NCBI GenBank assembly: GCA_903907905.1
Contig: CAIVPX010000137.1
Span: 3,352-67,351, forward strand
DNA: 64,000 bases
Reading direction: 5' to 3'
Source of the DNA: an uncultured bacterium
GTDB taxonomy: Bacteria; Pseudomonadota; Gammaproteobacteria; Burkholderiales; Burkholderiaceae_E
Shown in pieces: positions 48,946 to 57,410 of this stretch. Position numbers and translations under genes: made by a program. The stretch's first letter is position 1. Each line of letters begins with the position of its first letter. The notes beneath the pieces are model-generated. The model searched no databases, was not told the origin of the DNA, and worked only from the letters and a program-made list of their open reading frames with translations.

Positions 48946-50214
48946 ATGTCCGCACGTTTTTTCTCAATGCTCGTGGCTGCATTGCTTGGCGTGGCGGCTG
49001 CGCCGGTCTCGGCGCAGACCGTGCGTGCCGAGCCGCCGCGTGCCGAGTACTCCATACCGGCCGGCGGCCGCTATGAGCTGATAGGACGCTACAGCCTCGA
49101 GCGCCTCGAGCAGGTGCTGGGTCAGGACCTGGATGCCTTCATGAAGAGTTCGACCATGCCGGCGGCATTCCGCGGACGCTTCGACAAGCCCCGCTATCCG
49201 GTGAGCCTCTATCGGGTGCTCTACCGGTCGGTCGTGCCCGAGATGGAGAACCGCCCTACGATTGCCTCGGGCCTGGTGGCTGTGCCCGATACCGGGGCCT
49301 CGGCGATGCCTCTGGTGTCCTACCAGCACGGCACGATCTTCGATCGACTGGATGTGCCGTCCAATCCCGATCAGTCGATGGAAACGCGGCTCATGCTTGC
49401 GGCCTTTGCCGCGCAGGGCTACATCGTGATCGGGGCCGACTATTTCGGGCGGGGTTTTTCCAATCTGACCGACGACAGCTATCTGGTCCGCGACAGCACG
49501 CGCCAGGCGGGTCGAGACCTCTACCTGAATGTGGTCGATTTTCTGGCCACGCTCAAGATCGGGGTGTCCCATTTCTTTCTGAGCGGGTGGTCGCAGGGGG
49601 GATGGGTAACGATGAACTACCTGCACAGCCTCGAGTCTTTGGGCGTACCGGTCACCGCTGCGGCGGTGGCGAGTGCGCCGGTTGACCTGAATCTGGTGAT
49701 CAATCGCTGGATCAACAATCCGCAGCCGGTCGATGCCGTCTACCTGCCGGGGGTGGTCGCCTTGCACCTGATGGCGCAGGAGCGCTATCAGGGTTTCGCC
49801 GGGTTGATCGATTCAGCGGTACGGCCCGAATATGTTCAGGCGGTTCGCGACCTGTACAACGGCAAGCTCAGCTGGCCCGATTTTCTCGGCAGGACCGTGA
49901 AGCGCCTGCCAGATCTGCTGCGCCCCGAATTCGCCCGCAGTGGATTTACTGGCAACAACCCTTACTGGCGCGAGGTCGATCGCGGCCAGGCTTATCGTTG
50001 GCGCATCGTGACGCCGCTGCGCGTGTATTACGGCGGCAGCGACGAGGTCACACCGGCGTATGTGGGGACGCTGCCCGAGCACACGCAAAGGCTCGTGGGC
50101 GGGTCATCGACCTCCAGCCATGATGCGGGCGAGCGTGCCGATCATCGCGCCGTGTTTGTGCACGGCGTCATTGACCAAAAAAAATGGTTCGACGGATTCG
50201 TGCAGAAAAAGTGA
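48946..50214 (+). CDS. secreted alpha/beta hydrolase, secretory-lipase (LIP)-like
   Basis: 422 aa. Sec signal MSARFFSMLVAALLGVAAAPVSAQ. Nucleophile elbow GWSQGG. Asp/His candidates lie in the C-terminal part. Confidence 0.65.
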   Translation: MSARFFSMLVAALLGVAAAPVSAQTVRAEPPRAEYSIPAGGRYELIGRYSLERLEQVLGQDLDAFMKSSTMPAAFRGRFDKPRYPVSLYRVLYRSVVPEMENRPTIASGLVAVPDTGASAMPLVSYQHGTIFDRLDVPSNPDQSMETRLMLAAFAAQGYIVIGADYFGRGFSNLTDDSYLVRDSTRQAGRDLYLNVVDFLATLKIGVSHFFLSGWSQGGWVTMNYLHSLESLGVPVTAAAVASAPVDLNLVINRWINNPQPVDAVYLPGVVALHLMAQERYQGFAGLIDSAVRPEYVQAVRDLYNGKLSWPDFLGRTVKRLPDLLRPEFARSGFTGNNPYWREVDRGQAYRWRIVTPLRVYYGGSDEVTPAYVGTLPEHTQRLVGGSSTSSHDAGERADHRAVFVHGVIDQKKWFDGFVQKK

Positions 50215-50215
50215 A

Positions 50216-51214
50216 TCAGTCGGCTTTGACCCCAGCCTTGCGTACCACTGCCCCCCAGCGCTCGAATTCAGCGCGGATGAATGCGCCGGCCTGCTCGGGC
50301 GTCCCGCCCATCGGCTCGGTGCCTTGGGACAGGAAGCGCTCACGCACCTCGGGCATCTGCAGCACCTTGGCGAATTCGCTTGCCAGCCGGGTGGTGATCT
50401 CGGTGGGCGTGCCTGCGGGGGCCATCACGCCATACCAGATTGCGATATCGATACCGCGGTAGCCCAGTTCATTGAAGGTGGGCAGATCCGGCATCAGTGC
50501 AGTGCGGCGCTCGCTTGCCGTGGCGACCGCCTTGAGCTTGCCCGCCTGAATATTGGCAAGCAGCGACGGCGCACCATCGAACATCACCTGCACTTGCCCA
50601 CCCACCAGGTCGGTGACGGCCGGGCCGCTCCCCTTGTAGGGAACGTGCAGCAGATCGACCCCGACCACGGCCTTGAACAACTCGCCCGACATGTGCGGCG
50701 CTCCGCCGTTGCCTGATGAGGCAAAGGCGATCTGCCCAGGGCGCTGCCTGGCCGCACTGATCAACTCGGCCAAGGTCGTGAAGGACTGGTTGGCGTTGAT
50801 GACCATGATGACGGGAAGCTTCGCCAGCAGGGTCACGGGCACCAGGTCTTTCATCGGTTCAAGGGGGAGCTTGGCGTACAGGTGGGGGCCGATACCGTGG
50901 GTGGTGATCGAGTTCTGCAGCAAGGTATAGCCGTCGGGCGCCGACTTGGCCACGAAGTCGGCGGCAATGTAGCCGCTGGCGCCGGCCCGATTCTCGACCA
51001 GCACCGGCTGATTGAGCGCGCTGGCCAGACGGGAAGACACCGTGCGCGCAATGAAATCGGCTGCGCCCCCAGGCGGAACCGTCACGATCATGCGAATGGG
51101 TTTGCTCGGGAAAGCGGCGGCCGAGGTGCCCTGGGCCAGGGCGGCGCCGGCAAAGGCGAGGCCGGTGGCAAGGGCCAAGATCATCGCAACGATCGGTGAG
51201 CGGAGTTGTTTCAT
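50216..51214 (-). CDS. Bug-family tripartite tricarboxylate-type periplasmic receptor
   Basis: 332 aa. Signal peptide, then AAFPSKPIRMIVTVPPGGAADF. Confidence 0.85.
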   Translation of the reverse strand: MKQLRSPIVAMILALATGLAFAGAALAQGTSAAAFPSKPIRMIVTVPPGGAADFIARTVSSRLASALNQPVLVENRAGASGYIAADFVAKSAPDGYTLLQNSITTHGIGPHLYAKLPLEPMKDLVPVTLLAKLPVIMVINANQSFTTLAELISAARQRPGQIAFASSGNGGAPHMSGELFKAVVGVDLLHVPYKGSGPAVTDLVGGQVQVMFDGAPSLLANIQAGKLKAVATASERRTALMPDLPTFNELGYRGIDIAIWYGVMAPAGTPTEITTRLASEFAKVLQMPEVRERFLSQGTEPMGGTPEQAGAFIRAEFERWGAVVRKAGVKAD

Positions 51215-51255
51215 GTCGATTCTCGAGGCTTTCGGGTTCGGGTGAGTGGCTACGG

Positions 51256-52233
51256 TTATTGCGGCTGCATGCCGGCAATTCGGATCTGTCTTTCCCAGAC
51301 GGCGAGTTCGCTTTTAACGAAGTCGCCGAAGACCCGGGGGCCCGCTACCGCAGGTTCGGCACCCATGGAGGCAATTCTTGCCCTGAAATCTGGGGTGTCG
51401 AGGATCTTCTGCAGCTCGTTGCTTAGTCGCTCGATGATGGGCTCAGGCACCTGCGCCGGACCGAAGATCCCCATCCATGCCACGGTGCCAAAATCCTTGA
51501 GGCCCGTTTCCTCGGCGATGGTGGGCAAGTCGGGTGCCAGCGCTGAGCGCTGGTTGGGCGTGACGGCGATGGCCCGCAGACGACCGCTGTCCTGCATGCC
51601 TTTGGTGGTGGCGAAGTCAAGCACGGTGAATGTCACCTGATCGCTGATCAGGCTGGTGATGGCCTCGGGCGCCGCCTTGAAGGCGACCCCCACCGCATCC
51701 ATGCCAGTGCTGTGACTGAGTGCGGCCGCGGCCACCTGACCTGCGCTGCTGGTGTAGGCGTAGCTCACGGTGCCCGGTTTGGTTTTGGCGAGCGCCACCA
51801 GTTCCCGAACGCTGCGCAGCGGCGAGCGCTCGTTGACCAGCAGCACGAAGGGGAAGTAGGCGATGCGCACGACCGGCGTAAAGTCTTTGATGGGGTCATA
51901 ACGCAGCGACTTGAAGAGGTAGGGGTTGGCCGAGTGGGTGGTGTTAGTCGTGAGAAAGAGCGTGTAGCCATCACCCGGCGCCCGCGCAACCAGTTCGGCT
52001 GCGATCTGGCCTGCGGCGCCCGGCTTGTTCTCGACGACCACCGCCTGCGCCAGCGACTTCTGCAGCTGCTCGCCCACCATCCGCGCGAAGATGTCGCTGG
52101 CCGAGCCCGGCCCGAAGGCCACCACGATGCGCAGGGGGCGGGCGGTCGGCCAGGCTGCCGCGGTCTGGGCCTGAGCGAGCGGCTGCATGAAGAGTCCGGC
52201 GAGCAGGCTGAGGAGCGTGAGCAGTGTTTTCAT
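51256..52233 (-). CDS. Bug-family tripartite tricarboxylate-type periplasmic receptor
   Basis: 325 aa. Signal peptide, then AAWPTARPLRIVVAFGPGSASD. Tandem paralogue of 50216..51214. Confidence 0.85.
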   Translation of the reverse strand: MKTLLTLLSLLAGLFMQPLAQAQTAAAWPTARPLRIVVAFGPGSASDIFARMVGEQLQKSLAQAVVVENKPGAAGQIAAELVARAPGDGYTLFLTTNTTHSANPYLFKSLRYDPIKDFTPVVRIAYFPFVLLVNERSPLRSVRELVALAKTKPGTVSYAYTSSAGQVAAAALSHSTGMDAVGVAFKAAPEAITSLISDQVTFTVLDFATTKGMQDSGRLRAIAVTPNQRSALAPDLPTIAEETGLKDFGTVAWMGIFGPAQVPEPIIERLSNELQKILDTPDFRARIASMGAEPAVAGPRVFGDFVKSELAVWERQIRIAGMQPQ

Positions 52234-52554
52234 GGGGATGGGACCAATAACCCGGGAGGGACAAAAGGGTTGAAACGATACCCCATCGGCCCGCTTCGCC
52301 GATCAATGCCCCGGGAAAGTCCGCCCGAATGGCGCGCGCGCGGTGGACCCCGAGGAAATGAAGCAGTGGCTGCCTTCCACATTGCACACCTGGACATGGC
52401 GGGCGCTCGATTGCGCCTCGGCCTCGTCGAGTTGCAGGGCAATCGCCCAGTGCGCCAGCGGCACCAGCAGGCACAGCAGGGCGGTGATCGCGAAGACGAG
52501 GTTGATGAGGGCGTTTCGGGACTTCATTCGGGGACGGCTTGTGGGGGACAGGGC

Positions 52555-53490
52555 TTATCGGGGACGGCGAAGCTCGGTGAGTGCGCCGTAGACCAGCGCG
52601 CCCATCTGTTCCCGGTAGTACTTGCGGATCTCGCCCGGCGCGGCGGTGCCAACGACCACGACCAGCTTTTCCTGCGGGTCAACCCAGAAGATCGTACCGT
52701 TGGCGCCGTTCCAGGTGAAGTCGCCACGACTGCCCGGCGTGGCGGCAAGCCCGTCCTGCATTCTGACCGCCACACCAAGACCCCAGGCGTAGCCATCGCG
52801 GTGCGGCTCGGTCTGGCCCACCTGATTGCGGATGCGCGGTCCAAGGTGATCGCTGGTCATCCAGGCCACGGTATGCGGGCTGAGCACCCGGCGCCCGTCG
52901 ATCGCGCCGCCGTCGAGCAGCATCTGCCCGAAGCGAAGGTAGTCGCCCATGGTGCCGAAGGCGCAGGCGCCGCCGCAGTCGAAGTGTGGCGTGGCATCGA
53001 GGCTGATGATGCGTTGCGGTTTGCCGGTGAGGGGGTCTGTGGGCAGCGGCCGGGCCAGGCGTGCGCGCTGGGCCTGCGAGGGCTCGAAATTGGTATCGGG
53101 CATGCCCACCTTGTCGAATACGGCCTCGCGCAGGAATTCGCCCAGGCGCTTGCCCGACACCTTTTCGATGACCAGGCCCAGCACATCGGTGGACAGCCCG
53201 TAGTCCCACACCGTCCCGGGCTGGTGAAGCAGGGGCATTGCCGTGCCCGACTGGGGGTCCAGTTGCCCATACGCCTTGTGGTGCACGAGGCGGCCGTCCC
53301 GTGCGATGGCGATCACAGCACCGGGCAGGCGTTGGCGATCGATTTCCGCATCGAAGAACCGGTCGATGCGAGCGAGCCCCTCGGCAGACAAGCCAGCCTG
53401 TTCGACGGGTGCACCGGGCAAGGGGCTCGCGGCCAGGCAGACCGATGTCGCCAGCGACAGGGTGAGTGCGACGAGTGCTGGGCGGGCCAT
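52555..53490 (-). CDS. beta-lactamase-fold (serine hydrolase family) protein with apparent internal deletion of the SxxK region
   Basis: ORF 52555..53823. ATG at 53490 is preceded by GGAG and gives the signal MARPALVALTLSLATSVCLAA. Family blocks are present (PGAVIAIARDGRLVH, PGTVWDYGLSTDVLGLVIEKVSG, FTWNGANGT). No S-x-x-K occurs anywhere in the 311 aa. Confidence 0.65.
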   Translation of the reverse strand: MARPALVALTLSLATSVCLAASPLPGAPVEQAGLSAEGLARIDRFFDAEIDRQRLPGAVIAIARDGRLVHHKAYGQLDPQSGTAMPLLHQPGTVWDYGLSTDVLGLVIEKVSGKRLGEFLREAVFDKVGMPDTNFEPSQAQRARLARPLPTDPLTGKPQRIISLDATPHFDCGGACAFGTMGDYLRFGQMLLDGGAIDGRRVLSPHTVAWMTSDHLGPRIRNQVGQTEPHRDGYAWGLGVAVRMQDGLAATPGSRGDFTWNGANGTIFWVDPQEKLVVVVGTAAPGEIRKYYREQMGALVYGALTELRRPR

Positions 53491-53768
53491 GACAGGACTC
53501 CGGTGGGGGACGGGCTTAGTGTGGCGCACAAGTCCCCGGGCGTGCCAGGGCGACATTGGCAGCCATGATGCTGCTGGTTCGGAAGAGAATCGTTGAGCCG
53601 TCTGGGGAGTGCCTCGTGCCAATACGCTCAGGCCCATGAGTGCGCCCAGACAGAAGAGTGTCCATCGCACAATCAGTTTCACGGTTCTGGCTCCAGGAAA
53701 GCGGTCACGGACCGGGCGCAGGGTCGTGTCGAACACGATGCCCGCGACCATGCGTTTCATGGACGCCG

Positions 53769-53803
53769 AAAAACGAAAAGCCCGCAGGGCGAACGCTGCG
53801 GGC
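53769..53803 (-). terminator. rho-independent terminator after tRNA-Met
   Basis: Minus strand reads GCCCGCAG-CGTTCGCC-CTGCGGGC followed by TTTTCGTTTTT. 8-bp GC stem plus T-tract, 10 nt after the tRNA 3' end. Confidence 0.6.
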
Positions 53804-53812
53804 TTGAAATGC

Positions 53813-53889
<77 letters not shown>

Positions 53890-53944
53890 AGAACCGTCAA
53901 TCATAGCCGGGGCAGGGAGGGCATGTCAAAAGCAGGTGCCCGGG

Positions 53945-56497
53945 CTACTGAGTTGTTGCAACGCCAGTCTGCGCCGACGTGCTGCTGCGACCATCGCCCG
54001 CCCTGCCGTCGACGAACATCTGAAAATCGGCCTCCGAACCGAACCGGCCCCATTGCAGCTTCGGGCCACCGGAGAATGTAAGCGAGGAGAATGTGTCACC
54101 ACCCAGCTTGTCATCGAGTTTGCAGTCGGAGCTCCCGGCGCACCAAGCCATGAAATACGTGAAGTACTTGTTTGCCTGCTTTTGCTTTTGTCCGATGCGA
54201 AAGACAACGGTCCTCGTGTACCGAGGGTCGGGTTTGCTCATCCACCCGGCAACATCGCTCACCCAGGTGTAGGTCATATATGCCGGGTACACGCGTTCAT
54301 CGGCGGTATCGACCGCACTCCAGAACTGCTGCACGGGCTGTTCCGTGTAACCCGTGGCGCAGCACCCATCGGTGATGGGCTGAAGGAGATGAACCGAATG
54401 GTCGTATTCATAGTCGTCAACCGCTTGAGCGCGCGCCAAGCCCCCAGAGGGAAGCGGCGCAGTGTGCGTACGGACCTGGCGCAAGGGCGTCGCCTGAACC
54501 TTTCCCGTGGCATCCTGGATTCGTACCAAGCCTGGGGTATTCATGTACCAGTCGCACTGAATGTTCCAAGGATTTGAGCAGAGTTCTCCATCGCCCTGAA
54601 GCCACTTGAAGATACCCGGGTCACCCTCGTTTGGTGTGGTCAGACCGGGTTTGACCAACGTTCCCAGCACGTTCACGAATGTATCGCCCGGGCCCAGGTC
54701 GGTCGTGTAGAACAGTCGCGAGTAGACGAGCTCATCCTGCCGCCCCTTGCACTGGGGCACGATGTAGCGCGACGGGCTGGCCGGCGCTGCAGGCGAGGCT
54801 TCATTGATGACCCAGCCCTCGACGGCCGCCTGGGGTTGTCCGCCAACCGACTTGTCGCAGCCCACGGCAATGAGGTTCGCGAGCAGGGTGGACGGGAGTC
54901 CGTTGGTGGGGGCGATCAGCGCATCGACGAGGGGCTGGCTCATTTGGTTCAGGCTGGTGATCATCTGCGCAAGCAGTTGCGTGCGGGTCGCCTGCCAGGA
55001 CGACTGTCCGGGTATCAGATTGGCCACGAAGGTGGCGCGAAGCCAATCGATTTGCGCCTGATCGTTTTTTGCGATCGCGGTCGTGAATTCGGTATCAATG
55101 GCCGTGATCGCGTCGTACAGGATGATGCTGAGCTGGTTGGTTGCCGCTGCGGCACTGCTGAGCAACTTCAGGGCAAGAATGTTGCACTGATTTCGGCGCG
55201 CAACGATGTCGCCATAGATCACCTCGGGGTTCTGGCACAGCCCCTGTAGGCCGCTCGCCATCAACCTGGCATTGGGCTCTGACACCAGCTTGTTGTAGCT
55301 GCTCACCGTGCCACTCAGGTCGCCCAGCAAACGCTTGAGCGCGGCGTTTCGATCGTATGAAGCCTGATTGAATCCGCCCGACTGGGCTTTCATGTAGGCG
55401 CTCAGGTTCGGGTAGGACGGCAAGGAGTAGCTGGAGGATTCGGGACGCAAAAGGCCCTGGTAGGTTCCGACAATCGTGTTCACGTCGGCGAGTTGGGCAT
55501 TGAACTGCGCATAGGTCTGCTGAATGCTCGTGAAGGCCGATTGGGCGGCCAGGGCATCGACCTTGATGCCAACCGTGCTGAGTTTGGTATCGATCGAATC
55601 AAGCTTGGCCTGAATCGCGTCGAGTTTGGAGACGATCGAGCTGAGTTGCGCAGACGTGCTCGCGCTGTCGCACGCGCCTGCCACGATCGATCCCAATACG
55701 ATGACCAGCGCGCCTGCAATGGGGTTGGCGCTCGCCATCGAGGCGCCGACCCCCGTGGCACCGATGTTGATCAGCGCCGAGGCGCTGTCCGGGCATGCGG
55801 AGGAATCTGTCGCGCTGCTGCCGTCTGAACTGCCGGACGATCCGGACGCCGCGGCCAGGAGGGGTTTCGGAAACAGCCTGCTCGCGCCCTCTGCAGGCGC
55901 AGACACTCCGCTTCCGACCTGGGCCTTGATCGTCGCAAGCACCATGCTGATGTATTGCGATTCCGAGATGCCCGTCTGGGCAGCAGCGCGCTGATAGTGG
56001 GCCGCGAGATCCTCAAAAATCGAGGGCGCGGCGCCGGCGCCGGACTCCTGGTAGACATGAGCATCCAGAAGATAGGAGAGCGTGGTGGCACTGTATCGGC
56101 TGCTCGATTCGAGTTGCGCAAACAGATCGAGGCCGAGGCCTGCGTTATCGGCCGTGATGGAATAGCCGGTTCGCCCCAGGTCGGTCACCGGGCTGGCACC
56201 AACGAGCCGGCCCTGCGCATCCCTGAAGCGAAAGCCGAGTGGCCTGCCAGCGGGCGAGACCGGCAAGGGATAGACGCAAGACTGCGATGTCGCGCACGCA
56301 AAACCGCCCGCGGCGACCAATTGCCCGGTCGAGTCATACACTTCGGCAGAGGAGAAACTGCTTGCTGCGGCATTGAGTACGCGCACCGAACTCGCCGCAG
56401 GCGGCGCGCTGCCGCCACCGCCACAAGCGGCCAGGGTGCTGGCCAGGGCGAGCGCGCCGAAACCACGGCGGAATAGGGCGGTAGCTCTGCTTGACAT
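53945..56497 (-). CDS. large orphan lipoprotein (~850 aa): beta-rich N-domain, Ser/Gly linker, hydrophobic segment plus coiled coil, Cys/Trp-rich C-domain; function unknown
   Basis: ORF 53945..56581. ATG at 56497 is preceded by GGAAGAG. Lipobox TLAAC-GGGGS. Continuous ORF with non-repetitive, protein-like composition. I recognise no family motif. Confidence 0.7.
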   Translation of the reverse strand: MSSRATALFRRGFGALALASTLAACGGGGSAPPAASSVRVLNAAASSFSSAEVYDSTGQLVAAGGFACATSQSCVYPLPVSPAGRPLGFRFRDAQGRLVGASPVTDLGRTGYSITADNAGLGLDLFAQLESSSRYSATTLSYLLDAHVYQESGAGAAPSIFEDLAAHYQRAAAQTGISESQYISMVLATIKAQVGSGVSAPAEGASRLFPKPLLAAASGSSGSSDGSSATDSSACPDSASALINIGATGVGASMASANPIAGALVIVLGSIVAGACDSASTSAQLSSIVSKLDAIQAKLDSIDTKLSTVGIKVDALAAQSAFTSIQQTYAQFNAQLADVNTIVGTYQGLLRPESSSYSLPSYPNLSAYMKAQSGGFNQASYDRNAALKRLLGDLSGTVSSYNKLVSEPNARLMASGLQGLCQNPEVIYGDIVARRNQCNILALKLLSSAAAATNQLSIILYDAITAIDTEFTTAIAKNDQAQIDWLRATFVANLIPGQSSWQATRTQLLAQMITSLNQMSQPLVDALIAPTNGLPSTLLANLIAVGCDKSVGGQPQAAVEGWVINEASPAAPASPSRYIVPQCKGRQDELVYSRLFYTTDLGPGDTFVNVLGTLVKPGLTTPNEGDPGIFKWLQGDGELCSNPWNIQCDWYMNTPGLVRIQDATGKVQATPLRQVRTHTAPLPSGGLARAQAVDDYEYDHSVHLLQPITDGCCATGYTEQPVQQFWSAVDTADERVYPAYMTYTWVSDVAGWMSKPDPRYTRTVVFRIGQKQKQANKYFTYFMAWCAGSSDCKLDDKLGGDTFSSLTFSGGPKLQWGRFGSEADFQMFVDGRAGDGRSSTSAQTGVATTQ

Positions 56498-56736
56498 GAT
56501 TGGTCTCTTCCCAGCGTGAAAGCCCGTATCCTCGGCAGGTTGCATGTCTGCTGATCCGGCCTGGGGAGTATGCCCCCGCAAGCGGCATTCCGAGGCTGTT
56601 GCGCGATTGAGCGGCGAAGGGTAGCACCAAACCCCCCGCGTTCACGGCGATCCTGGCGACAGTGCGGTTCAGTCGCGCCAGCCCCTGGGGGGTCTCGGGA
56701 CCGCGCGATCTGATCGGGCGACGGAAAGCGTGCCAG

Positions 56737-56753
56737 AGATCTCGATAAGATCT
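56737..56753. promoter_or_regulatory. AGATCT-N5-AGATCT palindromic repeat in the divergent intergenic region
   Basis: Read from the sequence (agatctcgataagatct). AT-richer than its surroundings. About 70 nt upstream of the blc start. Candidate operator or promoter element. Confidence 0.25.
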
Positions 56754-56755
56754 GT

Positions 56756-56793
56756 CCTTGCCTGCCGGCACTCGCGCGCGCAGGCAGGCAAGG
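56756..56793. promoter_or_regulatory. 11-bp perfect inverted repeat CCTTGCCTGCC-N16-GGCAGGCAAGG just upstream of blc
   Basis: Read from the sequence. Ends 32 nt before the blc ATG. Could be a 5'-UTR stem-loop or a protein-binding palindrome. Confidence 0.3.
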
Positions 56794-56825
56794 GCCTCAC
56801 TCAACCAATCCCCGGAGCTCCGACC

Positions 56826-57410
56826 ATGCGTCACCTCGCATTGACCGCTGCCCTGCTTGCAATCGTGCTGCATTCGGGGCCGGCAGCCTCGGACGCGTCG
56901 AAGCCTGCGCCGCTCATCCCGATCGAGGCCCTCGACGTGCCCCGCTACATGGGACGCTGGTACGAGGTCGCAAAGTTTCCGAACTGGTTCCAGCGGCAGT
57001 GTGTGGGCGACACCAGCGCCGAATACCGCCTGCTGGGCGAGGGCCGGGTCAGTGTGCTCAACCGGTGTCGGCGGGAGAGCGGCCGGATCGATGAGGCGGT
57101 GGGGGAGGCGCGTCAGATCGGCGCGGCGGATTCGCCGCGGCTGCAGGTGCGCTTTGCGCCCGAGTGGCTGTCGTTTCTGCCCTTCGTCTGGGGACGCTAC
57201 TGGGTGATCGATATCGATACGGGTTACAGCCTGGTGGCCGTGAGCGAGCCCGGACGGGAGTATCTCTGGGTGCTGTCGCGCACGCCGCGCCCGGATGTCG
57301 AGGCGTATGGCCGCTTACTCGAACGCCTCAAGGCCAAGGGCCTCGATGTCAGCCGGCTGGAAACCACGCCGCACACGGGCGCAGCCGATCAGGCGCCGGG
57401 TGCGAAGTGA
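56826..57410 (+). CDS. blc: bacterial lipocalin Blc (outer-membrane lipoprotein family)
   Basis: ORF 56730..57410. ATG at 56826. Lipocalin signature YMGRWYEVAKFPNWFQ and later YWVIDID...YLWVLSRTP. Confidence 0.85.
   Translation: MRHLALTAALLAIVLHSGPAASDASKPAPLIPIEALDVPRYMGRWYEVAKFPNWFQRQCVGDTSAEYRLLGEGRVSVLNRCRRESGRIDEAVGEARQIGAADSPRLQVRFAPEWLSFLPFVWGRYWVIDIDTGYSLVAVSEPGREYLWVLSRTPRPDVEAYGRLLERLKAKGLDVSRLETTPHTGAADQAPGAK

Noticed and set aside
51712-53568. 618-aa plus-strand ORF spanning a Bug gene, an intergenic region and the beta-lactamase-fold gene
   Set aside because: It crosses two independently supported minus-strand genes and a non-coding gap. The product is Arg/Gly/Ala-rich with no motif. 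It is a GC shadow ORF.
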